DNA of 63,022 bases, counting the filler. It is 12 parts of 12 records of this genome, joined end to end, with 100 filler letters (N's around TTAATTAATTAA, not from the genome) between each part and the next. Parts side by side here need not be neighbours in the genome. Positions count along the whole stretch, not along the records: positions 1 to 16,653 come from SRR11831580_1383; 11 more parts are not named here. One strand, written 5' to 3'. Below the pieces are notes generated by a model. The model had not been told where the DNA came from and searched no databases. It worked only from the letters and a program-made list of their open reading frames with translations. The position numbers and the translations under genes were made by a program. Of this stretch, positions 1 to 16,753 are shown one piece after another; position 1 is the first letter of the stretch; each line of letters starts with the position of its first letter.

Positions 1-3334
<3,334 letters not shown>

Positions 3335-3335
<1 letters not shown>

Positions 3336-4435
3336 TACAGTCTCATTGGCATGACAACATAAGCCGCGCTCTGGCTGGCCGCATCTTCAATCTGCACGCT
3401 GGAAACCGAATCGGTCAGCATCATGCGGACGTTTTCGCATTTCAGCGCGTTCAGAACATCCAGCACATAACTGACGTTGAAGCCGATTTCCATCTCCGCA
3501 CCGCTATAGGTAACGTCGAGGATCTCTTCCGCTTCTTCCTGTTCCGGGTTGTTGGCGGTGATTTTCAGCTGGTTTTCGCTGACATAAAGACGTACGCCGC
3601 GGAATTTCTCGTTAGAGAGAATCGCCGCGCGAGCAAACGCCTGCTTGAGCAGATCGCAGCCAGCTTCCAGATGTTTGTCCGGGTTCTTCGGCAGAACGCG
3701 GCGATAATCCGGGAAGCGACCATCCACCAGTTTGGAGGTGAAGATAAAGTCGCCAACGTGGGCGCGAATGTTGTTGCTGCCAATCTGTACGCGCAGCGGA
3801 TTGTCGCCGCCGTCGAGCATACGCATCAGTTCAATCACGCCTTTACGCGGTACGATCACCGAATGGCTTGGCAAAGATTGACCAATTGGCATTGAACAGA
3901 CCGCCAGACGGTGGCCGTCGGTTGCCACGGTGCGCAGTTCTTCACCTTCGGTTTCAAACAGCATACCATTTAAGTAATAGCGAACGTCCTGATGCGCCAT
4001 AGAAAACTGGGTCGCTTCAATCAGACGCTTCATCGTTGCCTGCGGCAGGGTAAATTCGACTTCACTCTGCCAGTCATCGAGGTTCGGGAAATCCGCCGCT
4101 GGCAGGGTAGACAGCGAAAAACGGCTACGCCCGGAGCGTACCAGCATCCGTTCACCTTCCAGCTGCACGGCAATTTCCGCGCCTTCAGGCAGACCACGGC
4201 AGATATCAAAGAATTTGCGCGCCGGAACGGTCGTCGCTCCTGGCTCGTGTGGCTGAACCAGCGCAACACGTGCCACCATTTCCATCTCGAGATCAGTACC
4301 GGTCAGCGACAACGTACCGTCAGCAACCTGTAACAGCAGATTACCGAGAATCGGTAGCGTAGGACGACCACCTAACGGACCGCTCACCTGTTGTAGCGGT
4401 TTTAATAAATGCTCACGTTCTACGGTAAATTTCAT
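3335..4435 (-). CDS. dnaN: DNA polymerase III beta clamp
   Basis: 366 aa [14 protein letters not shown]...YVVMPMRL. Confidence 0.99.
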
Positions 4436-4439
4436 AGGT

Positions 4440-5843
4440 TTACGATGACAATGTTCTGATTAAATTTGAAAAATCTTCTTTGATATCGTGGCTCTCTTCA
4501 CGCAACTGCTCGATCTTACGGCAGGCATGAAGCACCGTCGTGTGGTCACGGCCACCAAACGCATCGCCAATCTCCGGCAGACTGTGGTTAGTCAGCTCTT
4601 TCGCCAGCGCCATCGCCATCTGGCGCGGACGCGCCACCGAGCGGGATCGACGCTTGGAAAGGAGATCCGCGACTTTGATCTTGTAGTACTCCGCCACCGT
4701 CTTCTGAATATTGTCGATGGTGACCAGTTTTTCCTGCAATGCCAGCAAGTCGCGCAGCGCCTCACGCACGAAGTCGATGGTGATCGCCCGTCCGGTAAAG
4801 TTGGCATTGGCAATGACGCGGTTCAGCGCCCCTTCCAGCTCACGTACGTTAGATCGTAGACGCTTGGCGATAAAGAACGCCACTTCGCCCGGCAAACGAA
4901 TGTCGTTTTCGTCGGCCTTTTTCATCAGGATCGCCACACGGGTTTCCAGCTCTGGCGGTTCGATCGCCACAGTCAGTCCCCAACCGAAGCGGGATTTCAA
5001 ACGATCCTCAACGCCGTTGATCTCTTTCGGATAGCGATCCGAGGTGAGAATGATCTGTTGATTACCTTCCAGCAGGGCGTTGAAGGTGTGGAAAAACTCT
5101 TCCTGAGATCGTTCTTTATTAGCAAAAAACTGAATATCGTCGATCAGCAGTGCATCTACGGAACGGTAGTAGCGTTTAAACTCTTCGATCGCGTTGTTTT
5201 GCAGGGCTTTAACCATGTCCTGAACAAAGCGCTCGGAGTGCATATAAACCACTTTGGCATTCGGCTTGCGCGCCATAATGCCGTTACCCACCGCATGCAG
5301 CAGGTGAGTTTTACCCAGACCCGTGCCGCCATAAAGGAACAACGGGTTATAGGCACCGCCAGGGTTATCCGCCACCTGGCGAGCCGCCGCGCGCGCCAGT
5401 TGGTTAGATTTACCTTCAACGAAGTTATCAAACGTGTGTTTGACGTTTACGTTAGAACGATAGGTCGGTTCTGCCGGGGCCGGGACGTTATCCCAACCTG
5501 AGCGCGTAGAAGGCGCAGCACGTTGCGGCTGCGTTTGCGCCACCTGTGCAGGGGCCGCGACGTTGCTCGTCACTGCCGCTTGTGGCGTTTGCGTCACCGG
5601 TTTGGTGCCGACTTCAAAACGCAGCTGTGGGGCATCCGCTCCGCAGAAACTGGTTAGCAGTCCATTGATATTATTAAGGTACTTGTCCCGTACCCAATCG
5701 AGGACAAAACGGTTTGGCGCGTACAGGGCCAGCGTGTTATCGCTCAGTTCCGCCTGCAATGGGCGTATCCACATACTGAATTCTGTGGCTGGTAACTCAT
5801 CCTGCAATCGGGCAAGACACTGCTGCCAAAGCGAAAGTGACAC
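4440..5843 (-). CDS. dnaA: Replication initiator DnaA
   Basis: GTG start gives 467 aa [18 protein letters not shown] Walker [13 protein letters not shown]-binding motif. Confidence 0.99.
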
Positions 5844-6052
5844 GGCGGACTCCACTCGAACAAAAGTCGATAATGACTAAGGCTGAAACATTCATGATTG
5901 TTGACGTACGTCGAAAAGACCCTGCTTGAGGGTGACGCACGAACCGCTGTCTGCGGTTATATGCCCGATCAAGATCCTGCAAAACGATCGGGACCGCGGA
6001 TCATAGCCTAAACTGCGCAAGAGATCTTCTGTTTCTCACAGATTTTCCCGAT

Positions 6053-6061
6053 TTATCCACA
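6053..6061 (+). promoter_or_regulatory. DnaA box in GATC-rich dnaA promoter region
   Basis: Perfect TTATCCACA upstream of dnaA. Confidence 0.9.
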
Positions 6062-6437
6062 GGACTTTCCAGAACTCGCTAAGTGTAAACGATCCTGCCG
6101 CGAGGCGGGCACGATTTACGCCGCATATTGGAAAATTTAATGACCATAGACAAAAATTGGCTTAATCGATCTAATAAAGATCCAGGACGATCCTTGCGCT
6201 TTACCCATCAGCCCGTATAATCCTCCACCCGGCGCGCCATGCTGGTTTCCACTGGTGTGAGGTCGTACATTTTCCCTGCGAAAAGGTGCGGAAAAGCGCG
6301 GTAAATAAGGAAAGAGAATTGACTCCGGAGTGTACAATTATTACAATCCGGCCTCTTTAATCACCCATGGCTTCGGTGTCCATCGTTTCATTTTTCGGCG
6401 GATATCCAATAAAGCCATTGAATTTATTCAAGTTTAG

Positions 6438-6590
<153 letters not shown>

Positions 6591-6606
6591 TAAAGCTAAC
6601 CCCTGA

Positions 6607-6966
6607 GTGGTTAAGCTCGCATTTCCCAGGGAGTTACGCTTGTTAACTCCCAGTCAATTCACATTCGTCTTCCAGCAGCCACAACGGGCTGGCACGCCGC
6701 AAATTACCATTCTCGGCCGCCTGAATTCGCTGGGGCATCCCCGTATCGGTCTTACAGTCGCCAAGAAAAACGTTCGACGCGCCCATGAACGCAATCGGAT
6801 TAAACGTCTGACGCGTGAAAGCTTCCGTCTGCGCCAACATGAACTCCCGGCTATGGATTTCGTGGTGGTGGCGAAAAAAGGGGTTGCCGACCTCGATAAC
6901 CGTGCTCTCTCGGAAGCGTTGGAAAAATTATGGCGCCGCCACTGTCGCCTGGCTCGCGGGTCCTGA
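6607..6966 (+). CDS. rnpA: RNase P protein component
   Basis: 119 aa with [13 protein letters not shown] (RNR motif). Confidence 0.99.
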
Positions 6967-7187
6967 TAGCCCTCATTCGGGTCTATCAACGCCTGATTAG
7001 TCCGCTACTCGGGCCGCATTGTCGTTTCACTCCAACCTGTTCAAGCTACGGAATTGAGGCATTGCGCAGGTTTGGAGTGATAAAAGGCAGTTGGTTGACG
7101 GTGAAACGCGTATTAAAATGCCACCCTTTACACCCTGGTGGTGACGATCCCGTCCCGCCCGGACCATTTGATACCAGAGAACACTAA
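6930..7187 (+). CDS. yidD: Membrane protein insertion efficiency factor
   Basis: 85 aa, CRFTPTCS and KCHP motifs; between rnpA and yidC. Confidence 0.97.
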
Positions 7188-7189
7188 CG

Positions 7190-8836
7190 ATGGATTCGCA
7201 ACGCAATCTTTTAGTCATCGCTTTGCTGTTCGTGTCTTTCATGATCTGGCAAGCCTGGGAGCAGGATAAAAACCCGCAACCTCAGGCCCAACAGACCACG
7301 CAGACAACGACCACCGCAGCGGGTAGCGCCGCCGACCAGGGCGTACCGGCCAGTGGCCAGGGGAAACTGATCTCGGTTAAGACCGACGTGCTTGATCTGA
7401 CCATCAACACCCGTGGTGGTGATGTTGAGCAAGCTCTGCTGCCTGCTTACCCGAAAGAGCTGAACTCTACCCAGCCGTTCCAGCTGTTGGAAACTTCACC
7501 GCAGTTTATTTATCAGGCACAGAGCGGTCTGACCGGTCGTGATGGCCCGGATAACCCGGCTAACGGCCCGCGTCCGCTGTATAACGTTGAAAAAGACGCT
7601 TATGTGCTGGCTGAAGGTCAAAACGAACTGCAGGTGCCGATGACGTATACCGACGCGGCAGGCAACATGTTTACCAAAACGTTTGTCCTGAAACGTGGTG
7701 ATTACGCTGTCAACGTCAACTACAACGTGCAGAACGCTGGCGAGAAACCGCTGGAAATCTCCTCGTTTGGTCAGTTGAAGCAATCCATCACTCTGCCACC
7801 GCATCTCGATACCGGAAGCAGCAACTTCGCACTGCACACCTTCCGTGGCGCGGCGTACTCCACGCCTGACGAGAAGTATGAGAAATACAAGTTCGATACC
7901 ATTGCCGATAACGAAAACCTGAACATCTCTTCGAAAGGTGGTTGGGTGGCGATGCTGCAACAGTATTTCGCGACGGCGTGGATCCCGCATAACGACGGTA
8001 CCAACAACTTCTATACCGCTAATCTGGGTAACGGCATCGCCGCTATCGGCTATAAATCTCAGCCGGTACTGGTTCAGCCTGGTCAGACTGGCGCGATGAA
8101 CAGCACCCTGTGGGTTGGCCCGGAAATCCAGGACAAAATGGCAGCTGTTGCTCCGCACCTGGATCTGACCGTTGATTACGGTTGGTTGTGGTTCATCTCT
8201 CAGCCGCTGTTCAAACTGCTGAAATGGATCCATAGCTTTGTGGGTAACTGGGGCTTCTCCATTATCATCATCACCTTTATCGTTCGTGGCATCATGTACC
8301 CGCTGACCAAAGCGCAGTACACCTCCATGGCGAAGATGCGTATGTTGCAGCCGAAGATTCAGGCAATGCGTGAGCGTCTGGGCGATGACAAACAGCGTAT
8401 CAGCCAGGAAATGATGGCGCTGTACAAAGCTGAGAAGGTTAACCCGCTGGGCGGCTGCTTCCCGCTGCTGATCCAGATGCCAATCTTCCTGGCGTTGTAC
8501 TACATGCTGATGGGTTCCGTTGAACTGCGTCAGGCACCGTTTGCACTGTGGATCCACGACCTGTCGGCACAGGACCCGTACTACATCCTGCCGATCCTGA
8601 TGGGCGTAACGATGTTCTTCATTCAGAAGATGTCGCCGACCACAGTGACCGACCCGATGCAGCAGAAGATCATGACCTTTATGCCGGTCATCTTCACCGT
8701 GTTCTTCCTGTGGTTCCCGTCAGGTCTGGTGCTGTACTATATCGTCAGCAACCTGGTAACCATTATTCAGCAGCAGCTGATTTACCGTGGTCTGGAAAAA
8801 CGTGGCCTGCATAGCCGCGAGAAGAAAAAATCCTGA
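7190..8836 (+). CDS. yidC: Membrane protein insertase YidC
   Basis: 548 aa, [25 protein letters not shown]. Confidence 0.99.
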   Translation: MDSQRNLLVIALLFVSFMIWQAWEQDKNPQPQAQQTTQTTTTAAGSAADQGVPASGQGKLISVKTDVLDLTINTRGGDVEQALLPAYPKELNSTQPFQLLETSPQFIYQAQSGLTGRDGPDNPANGPRPLYNVEKDAYVLAEGQNELQVPMTYTDAAGNMFTKTFVLKRGDYAVNVNYNVQNAGEKPLEISSFGQLKQSITLPPHLDTGSSNFALHTFRGAAYSTPDEKYEKYKFDTIADNENLNISSKGGWVAMLQQYFATAWIPHNDGTNNFYTANLGNGIAAIGYKSQPVLVQPGQTGAMNSTLWVGPEIQDKMAAVAPHLDLTVDYGWLWFISQPLFKLLKWIHSFVGNWGFSIIIITFIVRGIMYPLTKAQYTSMAKMRMLQPKIQAMRERLGDDKQRISQEMMALYKAEKVNPLGGCFPLLIQMPIFLALYYMLMGSVELRQAPFALWIHDLSAQDPYYILPILMGVTMFFIQKMSPTTVTDPMQQKIMTFMPVIFTVFFLWFPSGLVLYYIVSNLVTIIQQQLIYRGLEKRGLHSREKKKS

Positions 8837-8859
8837 TTCGGTGAGTTTTCGCTAAAATA

Positions 8860-8890
8860 AGGGCGGTCAGTTGACCGCCTTTTTTCTTTT
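8860..8890 (+). terminator. Intrinsic terminator after yidC
   Basis: GGCGGTCA-g-t-TGACCGCC hairpin followed by T-tract. Confidence 0.85.
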
Positions 8891-8941
8891 CGTAGGGCGG
8901 ATAAGCACCGCGCATCCGCCACACAAAGCAACAGGAACATC

Positions 8942-10306
8942 ATGAGCGATAATGACACTATCGTAGCCCAGGCCACGCCTCCGGGACGTGGCGGCGTTGG
9001 CATCCTGCGCATCTCCGGCTTCAAAGCCCGTGAAGTTGCCGAAACCGTGCTGGGTAAACTGCCTAAGCCGCGCTACGCCGATTATCTTCCGTTTAAAGAC
9101 GCCGACGGCAGCGTGCTCGATCAGGGGATTGCGCTATGGTTCCCTGGCCCGAACTCGTTCACCGGCGAAGATGTGCTGGAACTGCAAGGTCATGGCGGTC
9201 CGGTGATCCTCGACCTGCTGTTAAAACGCATTCTGACCATTCCCGGCCTGCGGATTGCTCGCCCTGGTGAGTTTTCCGAACGCGCGTTTCTTAACGATAA
9301 ACTTGACTTAGCCCAGGCCGAGGCGATTGCCGATCTTATCGACGCCAGTTCGGAACAGGCGGCCCGTTCGGCACTTAACTCGCTGCAAGGCGCATTCTCC
9401 GCACGGGTTAATCATCTGGTAGAAGCCCTCACCCACTTGCGCATTTACGTCGAAGCGGCAATTGATTTCCCCGATGAAGAGATCGATTTCCTCTCCGACG
9501 GAAAAATTGAAGCCCAGCTCAATGACGTTATTGCCGATCTTGATGCAGTGCGTGCTGAAGCACGTCAGGGTAGTTTGTTGCGCGAAGGGATGAAAGTGGT
9601 GATTGCCGGACGTCCTAACGCCGGTAAATCGAGCCTGTTAAACGCGCTGGCGGGGCGTGAAGCGGCAATCGTAACCGATATCGCCGGAACTACGCGTGAC
9701 GTGCTGCGTGAGCATATCCACATTGACGGAATGCCGCTGCATATCATCGATACCGCCGGGCTACGTGAAGCCAGTGACGAAGTAGAACGTATTGGTATCG
9801 AGCGCGCGTGGCAGGAAATTGAACAGGCCGACCGCGTGCTGTTTATGGTCGATGGCACCACAACAGACGCCGTGGATCCGGCAGAGATCTGGCCGGAATT
9901 TATTGCCCGTCTGCCAGCGAAACTGCCGATCACCGTGGTGCGCAATAAAGCCGATATCACCGGCGAAACGCTGGGAATGAGTGAAGTGAACGGTCACGCG
10001 TTAATTCGTCTCTCGGCAAGGACTGGTGAAGGCGTGGACGTGCTGCGTAACCATCTCAAACAGAGCATGGGCTTTGACACCAACATGGAAGGCGGCTTCC
10101 TGGCGCGTCGTCGCCACCTACAGGCGCTGGAACAGGCAGCGGAACATCTACAACAGGGCAAAGCGCAACTGTTGGGAGCCTGGGCAGGTGAACTGCTGGC
10201 GGAAGAGTTGCGTCTGGCACAGCAGAACTTAAGCGAAATCACCGGGGAATTTACTTCAGACGACCTGCTGGGGCGGATTTTCTCCAGCTTCTGTATTGGT
10301 AAGTAA
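8942..10306 (+). CDS. mnmE: tRNA U34 modification GTPase MnmE (TrmE)
   Basis: 454 aa, [18 protein letters not shown]-terminal FCIGK. Confidence 0.99.
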
Positions 10307-10315
10307 CCGCGCTTA

Positions 10316-10349
10316 CGAAGCCGCATTCTGACTGTCAGATGCGGCTTCG
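10316..10349 (+). terminator. Stem-loop after mnmE
   Basis: CGAAGCCGCAT...ATGCGGCTTCG inverted repeat. Confidence 0.65.
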
Positions 10350-10457
10350 CTTCATTGTTACCACTCCTGTTATTCCTCAACCCTTTTTTTAAACATTAAA
10401 ATTCTTACGTAATTTATAATCTTTAAAAAAAGCATTTAATATTGCTCCCCGAACGAT

Positions 10458-10473
10458 TGTGATTCGATTCACA
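10458..10473. promoter_or_regulatory. CRP site of tna promoter
   Basis: TGTGA-N6-TCACA consensus. Confidence 0.9.
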
Positions 10474-10548
10474 TTTAAACAATTTCAGAATAGACAAAAA
10501 CTCTGAGTGTAATAATGTAGCCTCGTGTCTTGCGAGGATAAGTGCATT

Positions 10549-10623
10549 ATGAATATCTTACATATATGTGTGACCTCAAAATGGTTCAATATTGACAACA
10601 AAATTGTCGATCACCGCCCTTGA
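10549..10623 (+). CDS. tnaC: Tryptophanase leader (ribosome arrest) peptide
   Basis: MNILHICVTSKWFNIDNKIVDHRP* read from sequence. Confidence 0.98.
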   Translation: MNILHICVTSKWFNIDNKIVDHRP

Positions 10624-10843
10624 TTTGCCCTTCTGTAGCCATCACCAGAGCCAAACCGATTAGATTCAATGTGATCTATTTGTTTGCTATATCTTAATTT
10701 TGCCTTTTGCAAAGGTCATCTCTCGTTTATTTACTTGTTTTAGTAAATGATGGTGCTTGCATATATATCTGGCGAATTAATCGGTATAGCAGATGTAATA
10801 TTCACAGGGATCACTGTAATTAAAATAAATGAAGGATTATGTA

Positions 10844-12259
10844 ATGGAAAACTTTAAACATCTCCCTGAACCGTTCCGCATTCGTGTTATTGAGCCAGTA
10901 AAACGTACCACTCGCGCTTATCGTGAAGAGGCAATTATTAAATCCGGTATGAACCCGTTCCTGCTGGATAGCGAAGATGTTTTTATCGATTTACTGACCG
11001 ACAGCGGCACCGGGGCGGTGACGCAGAGCATGCAGGCTGCGATGATGCGCGGCGACGAAGCCTACAGCGGCAGTCGTAGCTACTATGCGTTAGCCGAGTC
11101 AGTGAAAAATATCTTTGGTTATCAATACACCATTCCGACTCACCAGGGCCGTGGCGCAGAGCAAATCTATATTCCGGTACTGATTAAAAAACGCGAGCAG
11201 GAAAAAGGCCTGGATCGCAGCAAAATGGTGGCGTTCTCTAACTATTTCTTTGATACCACGCAGGGCCATAGCCAGATCAACGGCTGTACCGTGCGTAACG
11301 TCTATATCAAAGAAGCCTTCGATACGGGCGTGCGTTACGACTTTAAAGGCAACTTTGACCTTGAGGGATTAGAACGCGGTATTGAAGAAGTTGGTCCGAA
11401 TAACGTGCCGTATATCGTTGCAACCATCACCAGTAACTCTGCAGGTGGTCAGCCGGTTTCACTGGCAAACTTAAAAGCGATGTACAGCATCGCGAAGAAA
11501 TACGATATTCCGGTGGTAATGGACTCCGCGCGCTTTGCTGAAAACGCCTATTTCATCAAGCAGCGTGAAGCAGAATACAAAGACTGGACCATCGAGCAGA
11601 TCACCCGCGAAACCTACAAATATGCCGATATGCTGGCGATGTCCGCCAAGAAAGATGCGATGGTGCCGATGGGCGGCCTGCTGTGCATGAAAGACGACAG
11701 CTTCTTTGATGTGTACACCGAGTGCAGAACCCTTTGCGTGGTGCAGGAAGGCTTCCCGACATATGGCGGCCTGGAAGGCGGCGCGATGGAGCGTCTGGCG
11801 GTAGGTCTGTATGACGGCATGAATCTCGACTGGCTGGCTTATCGTATCGCGCAGGTACAGTATCTGGTCGATGGTCTGGAAGAGATTGGCGTTGTCTGCC
11901 AGCAGGCGGGCGGTCACGCGGCATTCGTTGATGCCGGTAAACTGTTGCCGCATATCCCGGCAGACCAGTTCCCGGCACAGGCGCTGGCCTGCGAGCTGTA
12001 TAAAGTCGCCGGTATCCGTGCGGTAGAAATTGGCTCTTTCCTGTTAGGCCGCGATCCGAAAACCGGTAAACAACTGCCATGCCCGGCTGAACTGCTGCGT
12101 TTAACCATTCCGCGCGCAACATATACTCAAACACATATGGACTTCATTATTGAAGCCTTTAAACATGTGAAAGAGAACGCGGCGAATATTAAAGGATTAA
12201 CCTTTACGTACGAACCGAAAGTATTGCGTCACTTCACCGCAAAACTTAAAGAAGTTTAA
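10844..12259 (+). CDS. tnaA: Tryptophanase
   Basis: 471 aa from [14 protein letters not shown] lysine motif SAKKD. Confidence 0.99.
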
Positions 12260-12349
12260 TTAATACTACAGAGTGGCTATAAGGATGTTAGCCACTCTCT
12301 TACCCTACATCCTCAATAACAAAAATAGCCTTCCTCTAAAGGTGGCATC

Positions 12350-13596
12350 ATGACTGATCAAGCTGAAAAAAAGCACTCTGCATTTTGGGGTGTTATGGTT
12401 ATAGCAGGTACAGTAATTGGTGGAGGTATGTTTGCTTTACCTGTTGATCTTGCCGGTGCCTGGTTTTTCTGGGGTGCCTTTATCCTTATCATTGCCTGGT
12501 TTTCAATGCTTCATTCCGGGTTATTGTTATTAGAAGCAAATTTAAATTATCCCGTCGGCTCCAGTTTTAACACCATCACCAAAGATTTAATCGGTAACAC
12601 CTGGAACATTATCAGCGGTATTACCGTTGCCTTCGTTCTCTATATCCTCACTTATGCCTATATCTCTGCTAATGGTGCGATCATTAGTGAAACGATATCA
12701 ATGAATTTGGGTTATCACGCTAATCCACGTATTGTCGGGATCTGCACAGCCATTTTCGTTGCCAGCGTATTGTGGTTAAGTTCGTTAGCCGCCAGTCGTA
12801 TTACCTCATTGTTCCTCGGGCTGAAGATTATCTCCTTTGTGATCGTGTTTGGTTCTTTTTCTTCCAGGTCGATTACTCCATTCTGCGCGACGCCACCAGC
12901 TCCACTGCGGGAACGTCTTACTTCCCGTATATCTTTATGGCTTTGCCGGTGTGTCTGGCGTCATTTGGTTTCCACGGCAATATTCCCAGCCTGATTATTT
13001 GCTATGGAAAACGCAAAGATAAGTTAATCAAAAGCGTGGTATTTGGTTCGCTGCTGGCGCTGGTGATTTATCTCTTCTGGCTCTATTGCACCATGGGGAA
13101 TATTCCGCGAGAAAGCTTTAAGGCGATTATCTCCTCAGGCGGCAACGTTGATTCGCTGGTGAAATCGTTCCTCGGCACCAAACAGCACGGCATTATCGAG
13201 TTTTGCCTGCTGGTGTTCTCTAACTTAGCTGTTGCCAGTTCGTTCTTTGGTGTCACGCTGGGGTTGTTCGATTATCTGGCGGACCTGTTTAAGATTGATA
13301 ACTCCCACGGCGGGCGTTTCAAAACCGTGCTGTTAACCTTCCTGCCACCTGCGTTGTTGTATCTGATCTTCCCGAACGGCTTTATTTACGGGATCGGCGG
13401 TGCCGGGCTGTGCGCCACCATCTGGGCGGTCATTATTCCCGCAGTGCTTGCAATCAAAGCTCGCAAGAAGTTTCCCAATCAGATGTTCACGGTCTGGGGC
13501 GGCAATCTTATTCCGGCGATTGTCATTCTCTTTGGTATAACCGTGATTTTGTGCTGGTTCGGCAACGTCTTTAACGTGTTACCTAAATTTGGCTAA
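12350..13596 (+). CDS. tnaB: Low-affinity tryptophan permease; -1 frameshift in T-run 12856-12860 (likely sequencing error)
   Basis: Two overlapping ORFs join at the T5 run; span 1247 bp, one short of a whole number of codons. Confidence 0.95.
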
Positions 13597-13602
13597 ATCC
13601 TT

Positions 13603-13631
13603 CAAGAAGCCAGCCATTCGCTGGCTTCTTG
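13603..13631 (+). terminator. Stem-loop after tnaB
   Basis: CAAGAAGCCAGC-catt-c-GCTGGCTTCTTG inverted repeat. Confidence 0.7.
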
Positions 13632-13727
13632 CCTCTCAGGAAATCACTTATGTCCAAATGGCAACTCGCCTGATCCTCCTTCACCACGTATGCTTTGCGT
13701 CACCTTACTATCAGGACGCTTTAGCCC

Positions 13728-14902
13728 ATGTCCCGCTTTTTGATTTGTAGTTTTGCCCTGGTTTTACTTTATCCCGCCGGGATTGATATGTACCTCGTTG
13801 GTTTACCGCGCATCGCCGCCGATCTCAATGCCAGCGAAGCGCAGTTGCATATTGCGTTCTCCGTATATCTGGCGGGGATGGCAGCTGCGATGTTATTTGC
13901 CGGTAAAGTGGCCGATCGTTCAGGGAGAAAGCCGGTCGCCATACCCGGCGCGGCGCTATTTATTATTGCCTCGGTGTTCTGTTCACTGGCTGAAACCAGC
14001 ACGTTATTTCTTGCAGGCCGATTTCTACAGGGGTTGGGCGCAGGCTGTTGTTACGTAGTGGCGTTCGCTATTTTGCGCGACACGCTGGATGATCGACGTC
14101 GGGCTAAAGTGCTGTCATTACTCAACGGTATTACCTGCATCATTCCGGTGTTAGCGCCAGTGCTCGGACATCTGATTATGCTTAAATTCCCGTGGCAGAG
14201 TCTGTTCTGGGCGATGGCAATGATGGGCATCGCGGTACTGATGTTGTCTTTGTTTATTTTAAAAGAAACGCGCCCAGCGGCCCCCGCAGCTTCGGATAAA
14301 CCACGAGAAAATAGCGAGTCGCTGCTTAACCGTTTTTCCTCAGCCGTGTTGTTATCACCACCCTCAGCGTTTCGGTGATCCTCACTTTCGTCAACACGTC
14401 ACCGGTATTGCTGATGGAAATCATGGGGTTTGAGCGCGGTGAATACGCCACCATTATGGCGCTGACCGCTGGCGTCAGCATGACCGTTTCATTCTCCACG
14501 CCATTTGCGCTGGGAATTTTTAAGCCACGTACGTTGATGATCACCTCGCAGGTGTTATTCCTGGCGGCGGGGATCACTCTTGCCGTTTCACCTTCCCATG
14601 CGGTTTCTCTGTTTGGTATCACGCTGATTTGCGCCGGTTTCTCGGTAGGTTTTGGTGTGGCGATGAGTCAGGCGTTAGGGCCGTTTTCATTACGCGCGGG
14701 CGTAGCCAGCTCGACCTTAGGTATTGCGCAGGTTTGCGGTTCGTCACTGTGGATTTGGCTGGCAGCGGTGGTTGGTATCGGCGCATGGAATATGCTGATC
14801 GGGATTCTGATTGCCTGTAGCATAGTGAGCCTGTTGCTGATTATGTTCGTCGCGCCTGGACGCCCCGTTGCCGCTCATGAAGAAATCCATCACCACGCTT
14901 GA
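13728..14902 (+). CDS. mdtL: MFS multidrug transporter; -1 frameshift in T-run 14333-14337 (likely sequencing error)
   Basis: MFS motif [11 protein letters not shown]; two ORFs join at the T5 run; span 1175 bp. Confidence 0.93.
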
Positions 14903-15836
14903 TCTCAATCTGCTGCTTTGTCTGCAACTGCTGATGCAGGAGCGCAGCGTAACCAAAGCGGCGAAGCGGATAAACGTGACACCTTCGGCGGTGAGTAAGT
15001 CGCTGGCAAAGTTAAGAGCGTGGTTTGACGACCCGCTCTTTGTGAACTCACCGCTGGGTCTGTCGCCCACACCGCTGATGGTCAGCATGGAGCAAAATCT
15101 GGCGGAGTGGATGCAAATGAGCAACCTGCTGCTGGATAAACCGCACCACCAGACACCGCGCGGCCTGAAGTTTGAGCTGGCGGCGGAATCACCGCTGATG
15201 ATGATCATGCTTAATGCGCTGTCGAAACAGATCTACCAACGTTACCCGCAGGCGACCATCAAATTACGTAACTGGGATTACGATTCCTTAGATGCCATTA
15301 CTCGTGGTGAAGTGGATATCGGTTTTTCCGGTCGCGAAAGCCATCCTCGCTCGCGGGAGCTGTTAAGCTCGCTACCGTTAGCCATTGATTATGAAGTGCT
15401 GTTTAGTGATGTGCCCTGCGTCTGGTTACGCAAAGATCATCCGGCACTGCATCAAACGTGGAATCTGGACACCTTCTTACGTTATCCGCATATCAGCATT
15501 TGCTGGGAACAGAGCGATACCTGGGCGCTGGACAATGTGTTACAGGAGCTGGGACGCGAACGCACGATTGCTATGAGCCTGCCGGAATTCGAGCAGTCAC
15601 TGTTTATGGCAGCGCAACCCGACAATCTGCTACTGGCGACCGCGCCGCGCTACTGTCAGTACTACAATCAACTCCATCAACTGCCGTTGGTTGCTCTTCC
15701 TCTCCCGTTTGACGAAAGCCAGCAAAAAAAGCTGGAAGTTCCTTTTACCCTGCTGTGGCATAAACGGAACAGCCATAATCCGAAGATCGTCTGGTTACGG
15801 GAAACCATTAAAAACCTTTACGCGTCGATGGCATAA
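14877..15836 (+). CDS. yidZ: LysR-family regulator
   Basis: LDLNLL...[23 protein letters not shown]; synteny. Confidence 0.95.
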
Positions 15837-15992
15837 CCGAATCGTATGAAACGCGACCCAATTTCACAATAAAATGTAAAAAAGTTGTAATAAGCTTGTC
15901 TGAATCGAACTTTTAGCCGCTTTAGTCTGTCCATCATTCCAGTAAATGATTACTCTTGTATTCATAATGGACCATTAAGCATGGAGCGAAAA

Positions 15993-16653
15993 ATGGCGAC
16001 TCACTTTGCCCGAGGGATTTTAACGGAAGGACATCTGATTTCTGTTCGTCTCCCCTCCCAGTGTCATCAAGAAGCCCGAAACATTCCCCCTCATCGTCAA
16101 AGCCGTTTTCTGGCGTCCAGAGGTTTACTCGCAGAACTGATGTTCATGCTGTATGGCATTGGCGAATTGCCGGAAATCGTCACCCTGCCGAAAGGTAAAC
16201 CGGTTTTCAGTGATAAAAATTTGCCTTCGTTTTCCATTTCCTATGCCGGGAATATGGTTGGCGTGGCGTTAACAACCGAAGGTGAATGTGGCCTCGATAT
16301 GGAACTACAGCGTGCGACGCGCGGGTTTCATAGCCCACACGCGCCCGATAACCACACCTTTTCCAGCAATGAATCGCTATGGATCAGTAAACAAAACGAT
16401 CCTAACGAAGCGCGGGCGCAGCTCATCACGCTGCGCCGAAGCGTGCTAAAACTAACCGGTGATGTTTTGAATGACGATCCGCGCGATCTGCAGCTGCTGC
16501 CCATTGCCGGACGCCTGAAATGTGCTCATGTAAATCATGTAGAAGCGTTATGCGACGCGGAAGACGTGCTGGTGTGGTCCGTGGCGGTCACGCCCACGAT
16601 TGAAAAGCTCAGTGTCTGGGAGTTAGATGGCAAACACGGCTGGAAAAGCCTGC
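15993..16653 (+). CDS. yieE: Putative phosphopantetheinyl transferase-family protein (3' truncated)
   Basis: KGKP, FSISY, GLDME motifs; synteny after yidZ. An alternative ATG lies at 15981. Confidence 0.9.
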
Positions 16654-16753
16654 NNNNNNNNNNNNNNNNNNNNNNNNNNNNNNNNNNNNNNNNNNNNTTA
16701 ATTAATTAANNNNNNNNNNNNNNNNNNNNNNNNNNNNNNNNNNNNNNNNNNNN
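16654..16753. other. Artificial contig spacer 1
   Basis: N44-TTAATTAATTAA-N44; stops in all six frames. Confidence 0.99.

Noticed and set aside
10290-10460. Genomic island at the mnmE 3' end
   Set aside because: mnmE runs directly into the tna promoter, with no integrase or cargo.
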